A program made the translations under genes and the position numbers. The notes below the pieces were generated by a model, which was given only the letters and a program-made list of their open reading frames with translations, had not been told where the DNA came from and did not search any database. Positions 1 through 11,083 of a DNA stretch of 64,000 nucleotides are shown piece after piece. Source of the DNA: Amphiscolops sp. MND2022 (lineage: Eukaryota); NCBI GenBank assembly GCA_964187785.1, contig OZ076409.1:80354001-80418000 (forward strand), in the 5' to 3' direction. Within the stretch, counting starts at the first letter, position 1. Each line of letters opens with the position of its first letter.

Positions 1-21
1 CTTTTATCCTTTGTTTTTCAG

Positions 22-3000
22 ATTGCTGTTTCGTGATGTTTTCATACCGTCGTGTTGACCCTGGTGTGCAGAGTGGCAACAAAACTCAAATCTTCTATTC
101 AGAAGGGGACGTCCGAGTGAGTGACGCTGACAATTTGGAGTTCCAGCCTGTTGCTGGTTAGTCCATCATTCCCCAATCCATTAGGCTTTTTTGAATAATA
201 CTGGCTCGCAAATAGGCCTTTTCTGCGATTTGTATTTCCACAGCTTAGTTTTTCTGACGCGTCGAAGTATGGGAATGTGTGTTCTTTTTAGTTCCTGTTA
301 CGACTTCCGTCGTCACTGCGTCAACTGTCCCTCTTGAGGAAGTCCCTGATTCAAGTACTGTTGTTACTGCTCCACCTGTACTCCCTGTCATGGTTCCTGC
401 CCCTACTACTGTCGCTCCTGTTCCGCCTGCTCCTTCAATTGAAGTCCCTGACGCGTCTGTTGGCGCAGCTGTTTCGTTGGTGCATGCTTCCTCTCAGGAG
501 GATTCAGATGTGCCTCTTTCTAGATTCCTTGTTAGGTCAACTGGGTCTGTGACAGTTTCTCCTCGCGTAGGTGAGGACGGCTGCCCGCCGCCAGAAAAAT
601 TAGGAGGAAAATCTTGGAAGGTCATCCCTGAGAAAGAAGCTGGCAAAAACTCCAAGACCTCTCCTAGTTTCTCGCGATTTTTGCCAAACTTCGCTGAGAC
701 CTTTAGCAGACTGGAGACTTCACAACCTCCTGTTCAAGGTAGGCTTTCAGTCACCATCTGTTTTGGGTGTTTCTTTATTGGAGTGGTCTGTAGCTACGCT
801 GAACGACCGTGACTTCGTTGTTTGTTGGCGTAATTGTACTGCTTGTTTGTTTTTACAGTTACTCCTTCTAATCCTGCTGAGTCTTCTGGGAAGCGACGTC
901 GCACCGTCACTCTGACTGCCGTTGCTCAGTCACAAAAGTTCCAGATTGAGAGTAGTGGTGGCGAGGAGTCGCATACGGGGCTTGCCGCCTATACTTCGCA
1001 GCTGCTCTGTTTGGTGAGGCTGTAGCCTCCGAATTGGAAACCCAGACCGTCGAGCCTTTCGTTGCTAGTTAGTATTTTTCTCTCCCTTTGTGTGTTGATG
1101 TTCGGCTTTTCTGGGGCGTGTAGTAGTGTATCTTGGGTTGGACCATTCGTTGATGGTTCTTTGTCTAAGTTGAGAGTCGTTGTGTTTGTTATAGAGTTCG
1201 AAGAGTTAGTGACTCGTGGGGAGACGAGTCTTGAGAATGTCAGTCCGTCACGACGACGATCGCGGCCCCAGAATCTTCGGAATCGGTTGCGGCGCAGCAT
1301 GGTTAAAGATCACTCTGTCTTCGAGTTATTTGTGAGCGGTTCCGGTTCTGGCGTTGAGACCGCCTTCTTTTGTACCCTCTGTCAGCGGGATGTTTCGATT
1401 GCGACCAAGGGCGTCCGGGAGATCAGTCGGCATTTTGCAAGTGACAAGCGTTGGGTACTCGATGTTACTTATCGTGTGCATCAGGGCTTGCAGGTCTACA
1501 ATAAGTTGTTAGATCCCATGGACTTGAGCGACGCTCAGACGCGAGAATATTTTGCCCTTCAAGGAGAAACCCGAAGGCTTCAGTTTTCCTGAGGACTTGT
1601 TGCCTGCTTGTACCCGAGTAGACTCCAGCGTACCACTGATGGCCATGGTAAACTGCCTGGTCGAGCTCCTTCGAAGCGGGGCAACTATTTGCTGTTGAGG
1701 AAATTGTGGGGGCATTTTTGGGCCACTTTGGGTTCTGATAACCCGCTATACAGCTTGGCAAGGAGTCGCGGAGAGTCTTTGGTGAGTGTATTTTCTCTTT
1801 CGTTTTCCTTTGGTAGTTTTGCTTGCTTGTTCTTCTTTGCTTTTTCTCAGAGTAGGAGTTCGTTTCGAATGACTTTTGTGGTAAAGAGTTTTGTTATGTT
1901 TCAGTCGTTGGTGTGCCAGGGCCTGTTCCCACGAATTCTGCGTACAGTGATTGCCCGGATTGGTGATTTCAGAAGCTACAGCATTGTGTTTGTTGATCGA
2001 AGCGGAGGAAAACAGTGCCTTGTGCCGACATGGGAGAAACATGTCTTGTTGGAAGAATGCGTCGATGTGCAGTTGGCAGGCCAGCGCGTTCCCCTGGCTG
2101 AATTGAACTCTCTAGCTTGTGTCTTGGGAAGTGTTCCTGGCGGTCAGTTGCCCTTGTCTGTGGCGGGTGCAAGTCCTTCACTCTTGCGAGTGCTGAGTGA
2201 TGCTCGTAAGGATGGTCATCAGTTTGTCCTGAGCCGTAATTTTAATGAGGAGGTTTTCCTCAGTTGTTATCGACAAGCTCATCAGGAAGTGTTGGACATG
2301 ATGGAGGTCACTGCGATGATCGATTACCTCATGCTGCGTTTGAGGGGGGCTCTGCAGGAACCTTGGCTCGAGGATGCTTCCGTACTTCGTCGCTGTGTTG
2401 TCACTGGCCGTGAAACCCGCAACGATCTTCGTTCAGTTGCGGCCGAATTGGTTCCTGTGTGGAACTCTGTGAGAGAGTTTGTCCGCTACACTGGGCCGCG
2501 GCACATCAATAGTGAAACAAATATGGTTAGTATTATAGGTTCAGGTTTTTTTATTTGTGCCGTGTTTTCTCCCCTCTTGGCATGGGTAGGGCGGCTATGA
2601 GATCATTTAGTACATTAGTATAGTTTTGCTGTTCTGTTTTAGATGCTGGTTACTGACAGTCAGTTTACTGTGACAACACGAATCGGCTGCGTCTGGGACT
2701 GCTCGTACACATTCTTGATCTTTGTAAGTGGGTGCCGTCTTGCTGACGTACTTTTGTGGTTAGGTGAGTGTTGCATGTGTTTGTTGTTTAGATCGCTGTA
2801 CCTTCAAGAAACAGTTGTCCGGCCGTGAAGATTACGGTTTTCACTGTTACATGGAGATTTGTCAGTTTGTGTACTGCTTGCTTTCCCGTACCCTGATCTG
2901 CCTGAGCTTCACGATTGGGAGGCTTATATGGATACCTCTAGGGTTGAAGCTTTCAAGAAGATCGATACTGCCGACTTTTTATTGAGTCACGAATTCGGTG

Positions 3001-3976
3001 AAGAGCCGCAGCGGGGCAAAACTGGCGAGATGCAGGAGTTCCGAAATCGCTGTCGGGAATTTATGGATAGTTTGGTGGACGTATTTGTGGACTCCAACCT
3101 TGTATCTTCAGATTTCCTGCAGAGTGTTTATGCGTTCTGCCCAGAGCACTTGCATGGGGGTGATGACCGCTATATCTTCCGTCTGTTCAGTAAGTTGGTG
3201 CGTGTCTTGGAACAGAGCGGTGCTTTGAGCCGTGAAGAGGCGAAGTCCGGATCAGAGGGGTTCGTGACTTTTGTTGTAGACGCTCGACGCCGACATGTTG
3301 ATTGTGAGAGAAGTGCTGAAGCCATTGCAGTTGTTATGGATTACTTCCTCAGTGATTATAGTTTTCTGGCTTGAAAAAATTTGTGTCGAATTTTGAAATT
3401 ATGTTGTTTGATCATGCGACGTCCTGCTGCCGATTATCCCGAAGTGGTTTTCTCTCTGGATAACTGTGTTGTGCCTGCTGCTTTTATCTCGTCTTGTTTG
3501 CGTGGAGTGCAGAGTTACGTTCGTAATCCTGAGTTTAAACTGGGGGCTTTCTTCGCCCAGCATACGATGGATTGCGTTCCTGATGCTATTTCTGGGGCTC
3601 GTGTACTCATTTCAGCTTCTTCCAATTTTAACCCCTGGAGTCGTGTGTGTATGGGTGATCGTGTCGAGTGCAACGCTACAGCGAGCTGTTCAAAGCTCAC
3701 ATTGATCGCAGGAAAGAGGAGTCTTACCAGCGATTTCGGACTGCTAATCAGCGTGTACGTATTACTGCTGCTGATGTTAGTGTACTTTCGACATCGTCTT
3801 GTAGTCGTGCGGCACGTGGGGGCTCGTCTACTGCTAGGGGTGTTTCTTCTAAGACGCCTCCCAAACGTCCAGTTTCGCAATCGTCAAAAAGTGATATTAG
3901 TGGATTGTTATCGACAAAGATTACAAAGAAGGTATCAAAGAAACAGTCAAGTGGTTCCTCTAAGTCGAAAAAATGA
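22..3976 (+). pseudogene. Multi-exon gene of unknown function with a C2H2/BED-like zinc-finger motif, degenerate; 5' part lies upstream of the window; probable antisense cargo of the Gypsy element
   Basis: GT-AG introns at 157-291, 739-858, 1014-1194, 1782-1904, 2526-2642 and 2724-2791 link ORF-track fragments 279..812, 834..1025, 1062..1592, 1608..2600, 2643..2828, 2764..2985, 2859..3374, 3381..3998 and 3668..3976. Introns 1, 2, 4 and 5 join in phase. There are frameshifts (~1550, ~1680, ~2880, ~3670) and an internal TGA (3372-3374). Pro/Val/Thr-rich N-part, CTLC-x16-H-x5-R motif, Ser/Lys-rich C-terminus. Confidence 0.7.
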
Positions 3977-4208
3977 CGACTTTGTGATATTGTGTTAAAC
4001 TTTGTTAGTTTGATGTTTGTAGTTTATTTATTCCCATTGTTTGATTCCTGCGCAAGCTGGCAGTTGATTTCGTATTGATAATTTTTGAGGAAAATTGAGT
4101 GTCTCTAGTATGGAGTCATGAAAAAAAAAGAATTTAAAGGCCGTAGTATGCCTATAATTGAAGTTGTCAGATCGGTTCGGTCTGGACTCCGGATGATGCT
4201 TTTTTCTT

Positions 4209-7200
4209 TTAGTGATTCGTAGTTATAGCGTCAAGTCGTCTGAAGTCAGGATTAGCATTAGGCTTAGGATTAGGTCTCAAGTTTTACTTTGCTATTTTCC
4301 CTGGGTTATATCCGACAGTTGTAGGCGGTGATCTTGGGGGAATAGGTGGACTTTCAATGGGTGGGGGGCGTCGTAAGTATGCATTATCCCCCGCGTCTGT
4401 AGTAGGATTTGAAAAATCTGGGGACGGCGGCGCGGCGTCATTTGTGTCCCCAGTCTGGTTGTCCGATACTTGTTGCGTCGTCGTTGCGTCATGTGAGTCA
4501 CCTCTTGCGTTACTACTTGTTGGTTTCGTTCCGCATTTGTTGGCGACTCGTGTTCGTCAATCTGTTTTCCTAAGTCCATTTCCCATGATACCGCGTACCA
4601 TTCATTGTGGGACACTTTGACGTCTGGGTCAGGAAGATAATCGTTTGCTCGTACGGTGACGTCAGGCACACGTTGCTCTGGCACGTAAGGTCGTATGCGG
4701 ATTCTGTGTAGGGTTTGCGTGTATCTCGTGACAATTTTTTGTATCGTATAAATATTATTTGAGAGTACTTTGATCACTATGTACGGTCCTGTCCAGATAC
4801 AATCTTGGAATGCGAATTTTGTCGATTGATTGTCGGGTTTTGGACTAAGGATGTAGCAGTAATCATTTATTTTGAGCGGGGCTGCCGACGCTTTGCGGTC
4901 GTAGTATTTTTGTATTTGAGATAAGACAGCATGATATTGTCCTTTGCTGTCGCTCGCACTTCGTCGATTTCTTTTTGGAGCTGCTCTGCTATATCTGAGT
5001 TAGGCGTAGTTTTCCACTTTGGCTTGATGCCTAACTTTAGGTCGAGAACATTGTAGGGTATGCGTCCGTGAAATACCGTGGATGGTTCGCAGCCTAGAGT
5101 TTCATGATACGTTTTATTATAGTTCATGACTGCAATCTGAACATATTTGTGCCATATTGGACGTCTTTCACCCGTCGTTATTTTTAGTGCTGCTTTGATT
5201 GAAGCGTGTGTCCGTTCCTGAATTCCAATCGTTTGTGCATGTTTTGTAGACGCGTGGCTGATTTGTATTTCGAGTATTTGCGTTTTTTTTGCGACAATTT
5301 CTGATCTGAATTGTGAACCTTTGTCTGATAGTATTAATGTTGGTAGGTATGCATGTCTTGTCATGACGTCGACACGACATTGTCCAATTGTTTTCGCTGT
5401 GACGTTCTGCGTTGGATATGCAAAGAAATAACGTGAGAATACATCGATCATTGTGACAAGTCTTTCGGTCCCAAGACGTGTTCTGTGTTGTTGATCATTT
5501 TCGGACGGATTTGGCTGATGTTGATTCTTTTGTACTTGATACAGTGTTCGCATTGCATTACCCATTGTTTGATTCTTTTCGCTAATCCGGGGTAATAATG
5601 TTTTGATCTGCATTCTTGGATCATTTTTGTGATCCCTGGGTGTTTTCCCAATTGTCCATGGATGGCTTTTAAATGTTCTGTGATTAGGTGTTCGGGGATT
5701 AATATTTGGTGATGTGTGACTTGTCCACATTCCCCGTAATATTTGCGCATTAGGATTCCATCTTTGACTATTAGTCTATTTTCGTGGACTAGAAGACGTT
5801 TAGCTGTTGAGTCAGTTTGTAGAAGATATTTGTCATATTCCTCACATATCAGTTTCTTTTTAATTGCTTTGAAGACTAAGTCTGAGTCTTGTTCCACTCT
5901 GATACGCGCGTCTTCTTTTATCGCCCCAGAGGTGTATGATGCCTTGTTTATTGGGATTGGGGTGGTTTCTTGTATGGCCAGTTTTATTTTTGTCGTCACT
6001 TCGTCTCGCGCGGTTTGTCTGGCTTGTTCTTTCTGCAAGAGTATTTCCTCCTCGGTTTCGATTGTTTCATCTGGGAGGAAGAAAAGTTGTTCTTCATCTG
6101 CGACATCTGTGGATTGTAGATTTATTTGGATTGGTCGAATTGTGATGTCGTTCCTGATTTTTAGTTCAACCCTTTCTTTGGGATTGAGATCAATTCTTGA
6201 TAAGAAATCAGCTGCTGTAGTTTGCGTTCCCGCTACGTGCATGATGTGAAAATTGAATTGCAGCACGTAATCGCATGCGTTCCATAGTGTGGGGGGATCG
6301 CTTTTGTTTGGAAAAACCTCGTTACTGATCTGTTGTCAGTCATTACAAGAGTTGGTAGGGTTGTTTCCCACAAGATGTGGCTGTATTCTAACAATGCGTG
6401 ATAGATTGCCAGACAATCTTTGCAATAAACTGACATCTTCAGTTGTGCTTGTGAGAATACTTTCGATCCGAATGCTACGGGAGCGAAGGTTTTTTTTTTG
6501 GAATTGAGTTCTTTGTCGTTCTCTTCTTCGATCATTAGCGCGTATCCCGAGGCGCGAATAATAGCATCCGTCAATAGGACGTTTTGTCGTCCTGTGATTG
6601 GTTGTTTGAGAGCCAATCCGCATGCTTCCGCTAGCGCTGCCTTGATCGCTTTGTAGTTGTTTAGTGATTCCCCTGTTACTTTGATTTGTTTGTCTGCTTG
6701 CAGTAGTTCGTAGAAACCGAGTAGCGTTTCTGACAACCGCGGGATATAGTTGCGGTAGTAGTTGACAAAGCCTATGTATCTTTGTACTTGCTTCTTTGGT
6801 TTCGGGAATCGTAGATTTGCTACGAATTTCTGGATTTTGTGGTCTTGGGGGCGATTCCTTGTGGGGTGATCGTTCTTCCAAGGAATTTGACCTCAGTCAC
6901 TCCAAAATCGCATTTGTCAATGGATAGTTTAAGTCCTGCTTGTCTGATGCATTCAAAGATAGCTCGGATGTTTCGTATCAGTTGCGTCACGGAGTTGGCA
7001 GCTTTTCCAATATCGTCCACAAACTGCGGGCACTGATCGGCTTAAATTACTTTATCCAAATACTCTCTCATCAAGCTCGAAAATGCTGATAGGGCCCTAT
7101 TCAGTCCCTGTGCTAAACGTTTGTAGTCGAACGTCCAGCTTGCGAAATTGAACGCTAGCTTTTCGATTGATCTCTGGTCTGCATTTGCAGGCAGTGGTAT

Positions 7201-8985
7201 GCCTGGGAGCAGTCTAATTTACAAAACAGTTTCTTTCCGGCTAGATGTTGAGCTGCGTCCGACAGAGTGCTAACTGGGTGGTTGTAGTTGATATAATCGT
7301 CTGATATCAACGCGTTGATTTTCCGTAGGTCGACAAGTAGACGTAATTTGCCATTTGGTTTTCGTTGTGCGAAGATTGGGCTTGCGTGGTTTGAAAATGG
7401 CAGAGTCGTCATTATACCGTATCTGTGCATTAGTGCCAATTCGACTGTTAGATCTTCCTTTAGATTTATTGGCACAGGCAGACTTTGTGTGTAGATTGGA
7501 CGTTCATCTTTCGGCGTTTGTTCCACTTTGAAGTTGTTGTTGATGCCGATGTCGCGCAAAGATGTCATTGTATTCGATTATTGTTTGTTCGAGCTAATTT
7601 TTATCATTTCCTTCGATTTGTGCCCTTCCAATTTGAACATGTCAAGGAAATTATTCCTTGACTCTCGATCTTTTGTTGGGTCTATTTCTTCTATTTTGAT
7701 GAGTTCACGGATTTTTTTCAGTATTCTTCGTTGGATTGATGTGTGTTTTTCCTCGTTGCCTGGTTTCTCAGGTGTGGGAAACCTGAAGTTCTCACCGCTT
7801 TGTTCGTTTTCACTGGATTTCATGAGTTCATTCACGTACATGTGTGTGTCATCAGGGTCTTGTAGTAGTTTGAGTGCTGCGGCGTCAATGGGTCGTATTT
7901 GCTTCGTTTCTTCAGGTTTGAGGATTTGTAACTCTGCTAGCTTGGTATGGTTTTTGATTGAATGTGGGAAATCCATTTGGTTGGCTATTCGGATATTGAT
8001 TCTTTTGTTGTGAGCTGTCGCAAGCGCTGGCGCAACGATGGTAGTAGCTGTCTCGTCGAATTGCGGCAGAGGCTCTACCGTCCCAGTGACGTCGTTTGCG
8101 TTTGTAGTTATCACTATTGCGCTGACCGTTGTTGTTTGTTGTGGCGGTATTGTCTGGCTTCCCTCTGTCATTATTTGGAGTGGTTTCGGGTTGCAGTTTT
8201 TCATTTCGTCTGTCATGGCCAACGTCATTTCAACGTGCGGGGAGTTGATGGTACCGTTTGCAGTTTCTAGTACCTCTTGGTGGTTTCTCATGAAGTTCAG
8301 CCCTATTGTTGGGAAGGACGACTTCCAAAGGATGACAAAGATGTCCGTGAACGTGTACGTTCCTATGTTGAATTGTATATCGGCGGTAGCTATTCGTTGT
8401 TCTAGATGGGCATTCGCGCATTCAATTTTGAAAGGTGGTTGGGGATACTCCTTTATGATGCAGTTATCACTGCTCATCTTGATTGCATTGTAGTCTGACC
8501 ATGACATTGCATTGATGAACGCTCCCGAGTTGACAAGTGTTACCGTCTTTTTCAGTTACGTATTCTTTGATTGAGTTGACTGAAGTGGGGTATTCGTCTA
8601 GGAAAATGGTTTTCTTGGGGGAGTCGTAAGTGTCTCCCTCTGTTGATTGTGACAAGGATTGGTCGTTAAGGGCGTTTTCGTTTTGCTCTATTTGGGTTGT
8701 AGCTGAGTATTCTTTGGTGGGGCAAGGGAGCTGGACGATGGGGTTTGCATGCCGTGTATGGTCGTCTCTGTAGTCTTTGTCTTGAGTGTAGGTTTCCTCC
8801 CTTTCTGGTTTTGGTATTGGTATTCTTATTGAGGCGAGTGCTTGTCGTCTCAACCAGTCTTCTGTTGGAGTACCGACGCACTCTATTGTTGAATCGTTTG
8901 TGTAAGTAGTGGAGGGATCTTTTGGTGAATACGCCCTCGCGTCTACGGTTTCCCCGAAGCGCAGGCGCGGCGTAACTAGTTTTTT
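4209..8985 (-). pseudogene. pol: pol polyprotein (protease, RT, RNase H, integrase), frameshifted
   Basis: Protease LVNSGA (~8520-8537) ...IGLNFM. RT ASPIFAQRKPNGKLRLLVDLRKIN, KLDCSQAYH, FVDD (~7012-7023). RNase H LLTDA...PVAFGS...VMTDN. Integrase HGQLGKHPG...CEHC, IDVFSRY, SDKGSQF, QERTH. C-terminus LRPNPKPNANPDFRRLDAITTNH* ends at 4209. Confidence 0.92.
8930..8985 (-). promoter_or_regulatory. -1 programmed ribosomal frameshift signal (gag-pol)
   Basis: TCA AAA AAC TAG gives an A_AAA_AAC heptamer (8985-8979) in the correct phase right before the gag stop, followed by a GC-rich stem-loop (TACGCC...GGCGTA, 8974-8930). The -1 frame is open into ORF 8467..8853. Confidence 0.8.
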
Positions 8986-10425
8986 GATTCGTCTCCTAAT
9001 TTGGTTGTCGATTGCTGGGTGGAAGTATTCGTGTTCCTTTTTCGTTGGAAGTGTCGTTTGAGTCTCGGATCATTTGCCGAGTTGACTCCATTCCAGCAAT
9101 CCTCCGTTTTGTGAGGTTTTCCGCATGTATCACTTTTTAGTGTGGTGCCTGCATTATTTTTGGTTTGGCGGTTGTTCTTGCTTGTCTGTTGCCATTTGTC
9201 CTTTCTCAAGTTTCGACATCCTGCTTTGAAATGGCCAAAGTTATTGCAGTAGAAACAGTATCCTTTTTTAGCGTTTTGGGTTGTATTTTGGGCGGCATTT
9301 TCGGCTGGTTTGGTCTCGGGCTTTGTTTGGGCTGGTTCGATCCTATTTAGAGGTACTAAGTTGACATCATCTGGTGCTCCGAGGCCATTGAGCTGCATCT
9401 CCATTTCGAGGTGGAGTACTATCTCATTGTACGGCCTTTCTTCAAGATATGCCCTGTTTAGTATCTTTTTAACGTGGTCAAGCATCTTGGCGTATATGGC
9501 CTTGTGAATGAATTGTTGGGCTTGTGATCCGAAAGCCTCCTTTGCAGTTTTTCGGAGGACGTCCAAGAATTCATGTAGTTTTTGTGTTGAGGGGTCGAAT
9601 CTGAGTGCGTCCCATTCACATCTGGCTTTTGCCATTGATAAATAGTCGCCAAAACGGTGTTTAAAAATCGTCATAATTTCTTCTAACGAGTCTTTTTTCG
9701 CATTCTCTATATTGCAGAACGCTTGTAGGGCGTCTCCTCGTAGTAGGGAGTGAAAGTAGTTAATTTTTTGAAGTTCCGTGAGGTGTTGATACATTTTGAT
9801 GTTGTTTCGAAAAAGATCCCCGAAAAGTTCAAATTTTACAGTTTTCCCATCGAATGTTGGGAGTGATGCCGTTAGGGGTTTTGGCATAGGTACCGTTGGG
9901 TTGTCGTTCTTTTCTGCTCCAAACAGTGTTCTAGCTACCGCAGGACGTTCTTTTGACGCTGGTTGGCTCTGAAACCTTATTTTTGGTCTTTTCGGATGAT
10001 TTGTGGAGTCGGCTAGGACTCCTGTCACCATGTTACGGGTACTGCACGGGTCGTTGTTTTGGGTGGAGCTATTTCTAACTAAACTAGTTGTAAAAACTCC
10101 TTGTTTCCTTCTCCGTTTCTTCTTCGGCGCTTTCTCTAACATTTTCTCATGTTTCAGGCTAAAGGAGTCTTAGCATTTCTTTTTGGGACTCTACAAGGAG
10201 ATTTTTAATCTCGGACGTGATCTCTTCTTTTAGAGAGGCTCTTAAACTTTCTAAGAGTCTACCTTCTGTTCTTGGAGACTTCGGCCTTGACGGACCTGCA
10301 ACGCCTACTTCTTGGTCCAAAGCACAAGAGTTTTTTGCTATAACTGGTGAAACAAAACCTTCACTTACATTTTCAACAACCTCCTGCTGGTTGTTTCTTC
10401 TTTTCTGGCTTCTAGTTGTAGACAT
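8976..10425 (-). pseudogene. gag: gag (one frameshift near 10160)
   Basis: ATG at 10425 (MSTTRSQKRR). ORFs 10159..10458 and 8976..10142. Capsid-like LPTFDGK...F.DLFR; zinc knuckle CFYCNNFGHFKAGC plus a degenerate second knuckle. Confidence 0.88.
10018..10030 (-). promoter_or_regulatory. Primer binding site TGGTGACAGGAGT (tRNA-Leu-like)
   Basis: Immediately follows ...CGTAACA, the same LTR end seen in the solo LTR at 20895. Resembles the TGGTGTCAGGAGT tRNA-Leu type PBS with one mismatch. Confidence 0.7.
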
Positions 10426-11083
10426 CTTGTTGAAAATATTTTGATTTTGTAATTTCAATTGATTTTTGAGAGTTTATTTCAACTGAGTTGAGGCAAAGCA
10501 GAGGAAAGTTTTAGCGACAAAATATCGCAAGAACAAAAGACTGAGTCCCTCAATCAACGCATTTTTCCGTATTTATACCCTCCCAGCATCATTTGATCAC
10601 GACTAAATTCCCTAATTTGCCTCGAACTGTTAGTCATTTCCTGTTTCATTGATGAAAAAATAATTAAGATCCCAATTTTGCGTCGACATTTTGCGTCAAA
10701 TTTTAAGACACGACTACAATTTTCGATATTAGTCACTTATCACGAGCATATCATTTCATCCCGGCGTCTTTTTGTTTCCTCCCAAACAGGAAGTAGATAT
10801 TACTTCAGTCTATCAAACCAGAAATGATTCCCTCTTTTACTGTTTTGAATCGCGGGAAATTGACGCTGATATGACGCTGACGTTAACAACTAACGCTTGA
10901 TTTTGGAATTCAACTTGATCAAATTCGATGACTAATTTTCAAATTATGAATATTTGAGCGACGCTAGGAGAATATTCTGATGGATTGGAGATGATGAGTA
11001 CCAAATTAAAGGCAAAGCTTAACATTCACAAGCATATATACGTAAAGATCAACAGCTCACCACCATACAAATCTGACGTGACA
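10031..11083 (-). repeat. 5' LTR of the Gypsy element (candidate ~1053 bp)
   Basis: Inner end CGTAACA at 10031 abuts the PBS; the candidate outer end TGTCACG at 11083 forms a terminal inverted repeat with it. Contains CAAATGATGCTGGGAGGGTATAAA (TATA 10577-10572), homologous to solo-LTR CAAATGATGCTAGGGAAGTATAAAA. Outer boundary unverified. Confidence 0.6.

Larger units (their letters stand above)
4209..11083 (-). mobile_element. Ty3/Gypsy LTR retrotransposon (decayed); 3' LTR not in window
   Basis: Domain order gag(CCHC)-PR-RT-RNaseH-IN, with an LTR/PBS junction at 10030/10031 and many frameshifts and stops. The right boundary is a candidate only. Confidence 0.92.

Noticed and set aside
5743..9507. 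Plus-strand ORFs over gag/pol (5743..6249, 7528..8013, 8038..8493 etc.)
   Set aside because: Antisense shadows of the retrotransposon coding frames.
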